Assembly: GCA_964584035.1 (NCBI GenBank)
Contig: CAZOYL010000009.1
Coordinates: 872-37,170, forward strand
Length of the DNA stretch: 36,299 nucleotides
DNA from: an uncultured Gemmatimonadota bacterium
GTDB taxonomy: Bacteria > SM23-81
Direction: 5' to 3'
The position numbers and the translations under genes are program-made. This document shows, piece after piece, positions 34,512 to 36,299 of this stretch; the stretch's first letter is position 1; every line of letters begins with the position of its first letter. The notes beneath the pieces were generated by a model, which was not told the DNA's origin, ran no database searches, and worked only from the letters and a program-made list of their open reading frames with translations.

Positions 34512-36299
34512 ATGAAAAAAAGCATGCTAAGCGTCTTGTTGTGCTGTGCCGTTTGCCTGGCGGTTCTGCCGACCGCTCCCCTGGCCACGGTAACCATCGT
34601 TCAAAATCCGGAGATGTGGCTGGCCGCACCTGTCATTCAACCCGACGATGTCTTTCCCCAGTTGAGCGGGGGAATCCCCTACCAGCCTCAGGATGAATTC
34701 AAGGACAACCCTCTGGGCACGATCATGAACCTGGGCACCACCTGGTATGATTACCAGCACAACTGTACCTGCGAAAAGATGGTCAGCGTGACCCCCAGCG
34801 GCGGAGTGCATTTTTGCTGGATGAACGGCCTGCAGGCTCAGGCGATCGACCGGCACATCTACTACAATTACTATAATCCTACCACGGGTTCCCTGGGCTG
34901 GCCGGATGTTGGCTATCAGGTCGACCAGGGCGACCGGGCCGGCTACACTACCCTTTCGAATTTTACCGGGGGCGAAGCCGTCATCACCTATCACTCCAGA
35001 TTGGACCCGGGGTCGGGCTGGAACACTCAGGTGGCCTATGATTTCCTGGAGGGTTTCGGCGCCTTCCAGACCACCGACATCGATAACGTGACCGGCTGGG
35101 ATGAGCTCAGCTGGCCGCACATGGATGTCTGTCAGCAGAATTATATTCATGTCGTCTCCTGCGAATCCCGCGACGAGGTCTGGCAGCGGATCGCCTATTC
35201 CCGGTCTGAGGACGGCGGCATGACCTATACCGGCTTCACGGTCATCGACACGCTGGTGACCATCTCCCCGACCGTGGCCACCTCCCCGGTCTCCAACAAG
35301 GTGGGCATCGCCTACACCAAATCCCTGTTCGATGTTATGAACCTGGGTCCCTACGACGGCCTGCTGGTCTCGCAGCTGAACAACACCATTGCCCTGGTGG
35401 AATCCGATGACGGCACCACCTGGAACATGACCGACCGGCGGGATCTGCTCAACCTGGTCGAGCCGGACAGCAGCCATTATCCCGACTCCACCTGGGCCAA
35501 CGGCGACACCCTGCGGTGTTACTGCGACGTCAGCCTGGCCTACGATTACGACGACTATGCCCACGCTGCCTTCACCACCCGCTATTTAGGCTTCGACGCC
35601 CGCCTGGCGGCCCATCCGGACAGCTTCGCCATCACCGGCCTGTCTCTGGACGCCTCCATGATCTGGCACTGGAGCGAGGAGCACGACACCCTCACCGTGG
35701 TCGCCGACGGCTGGTACGATGTCGGCTCTCCCAACGCGGGGGCCAACGAAACCCGCGGCTCGGGAGCCTGGCGCAGCACCGTGGACCGCCCCTCCCTGGG
35801 CATCGATCCCAGCACCGGCTATCTGTACTGCACCTATCAGCGCTGTGTCGAGGGCGACACCTCCGGCGGTCCCATTCCCAGCCATGGTTTCGCCAACGGC
35901 GAGGTGTTCTGCTCGGTGTCCACCGACGGCGGCCTGAACTGGTCGGAATCGGTCAACCTGACCAACACCCCGTCACCGAACGCCTATCCCGGCAACTGTA
36001 TGGATGAGGATTACTCCTCTCTGGCCCGGGTGGTCAACGACACCCTGCACATCCTCTATGTCGAGGACAAGGATGCCGGCGGTGTGGTGCAGACGGCTCC
36101 GCAGGAGGGCACCTGGACGGAGAATCCGGTCAAGTATCTCAAGGTGCCGGCCGATTTAGTGCCTCCGGGACCGCCCTTCGTGCCCAACTTCGAATTTCAT
36201 GTCGGACCCAGCACCAACCTGACGGAGCCCACCCTGGTGGGTGGCATCGTGCCGGCGGGTTACGCCCTGCACCAGAACTACCCCAATCCGTTCAACCCG
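34512..36299 (+). CDS. secreted Asp-box (BNR-like, probable beta-propeller) protein with T9SS type-A-like CTD; truncated by the window end; absent from the ORF track
   Basis: GGAGG SD; start and end are in one frame (596 codons to the edge): signal peptide MKKSMLSVLLCCAVCLAVLPTAPLA, GTTWYDYQHN, Asp-boxes SRSEDGGMTY / ESDDGTTW / SVSTDGGLNWS, ending in YALHQNYPNPFNP. Strong C/G third-position bias. Confidence 0.92.
   Translation, partial: MKKSMLSVLLCCAVCLAVLPTAPLATVTIVQNPEMWLAAPVIQPDDVFPQLSGGIPYQPQDEFKDNPLGTIMNLGTTWYDYQHNCTCEKMVSVTPSGGVHFCWMNGLQAQAIDRHIYYNYYNPTTGSLGWPDVGYQVDQGDRAGYTTLSNFTGGEAVITYHSRLDPGSGWNTQVAYDFLEGFGAFQTTDIDNVTGWDELSWPHMDVCQQNYIHVVSCESRDEVWQRIAYSRSEDGGMTYTGFTVIDTLVTISPTVATSPVSNKVGIAYTKSLFDVMNLGPYDGLLVSQLNNTIALVESDDGTTWNMTDRRDLLNLVEPDSSHYPDSTWANGDTLRCYCDVSLAYDYDDYAHAAFTTRYLGFDARLAAHPDSFAITGLSLDASMIWHWSEEHDTLTVVADGWYDVGSPNAGANETRGSGAWRSTVDRPSLGIDPSTGYLYCTYQRCVEGDTSGGPIPSHGFANGEVFCSVSTDGGLNWSESVNLTNTPSPNAYPGNCMDEDYSSLARVVNDTLHILYVEDKDAGGVVQTAPQEGTWTENPVKYLKVPADLVPPGPPFVPNFEFHVGPSTNLTEPTLVGGIVPAGYALHQNYPNPFNP

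Noticed and set aside
34527..35564. 345-aa minus-strand ORF (and the other small ORFs out to 36007)
   Set aside because: Shadows of the strongly codon-biased plus-strand gene starting at 34512.

Overview
A 36.3-kb, GC-rich chromosomal window from a diderm bacterium, probably an FCB-superphylum relative outside the classical Bacteroidota (inferred from C-terminal QNYPNPFN...WDG...GVYF.RL...TKKMVLLR sorting domains, GWxTD proteins and an exbB-exbD-exbD-tonB operon). The left part is housekeeping: a perfect CIRCE operator and promoter facing off the left edge, nadC-birA-coaX, two tandem CNNM/DUF21-CBS genes, a double-thioredoxin/CcdA fusion, a PflX-like radical SAM gene, and pfk-gap-pgk-tpiA-secG-tRNA-Leu(GAG). 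A sigma54-type PEP-CTERM gene sits just downstream of the tRNA, and an orphan ECF S-component is divergent from pfk. The right ~21 kb is an envelope/secretion cluster, almost all on the minus strand: two paralogous CTD-bearing S8 proteases, exbB-exbD1-exbD2-tonB with no receptor, Yip1-TolC-MFP-ATPase-two MacB permeases (YknWXYZ-like plus TolC), two GWxTD proteins and a sigma54-type lipoprotein. A divergent CTD-bearing Asp-box protein missing from the ORF track runs off the right edge, behind a leader containing a chain of five overlapping mini-ORFs. No transposase, integrase, CRISPR or rRNA was seen. All calls come from motif reading by eye; no database search was run.
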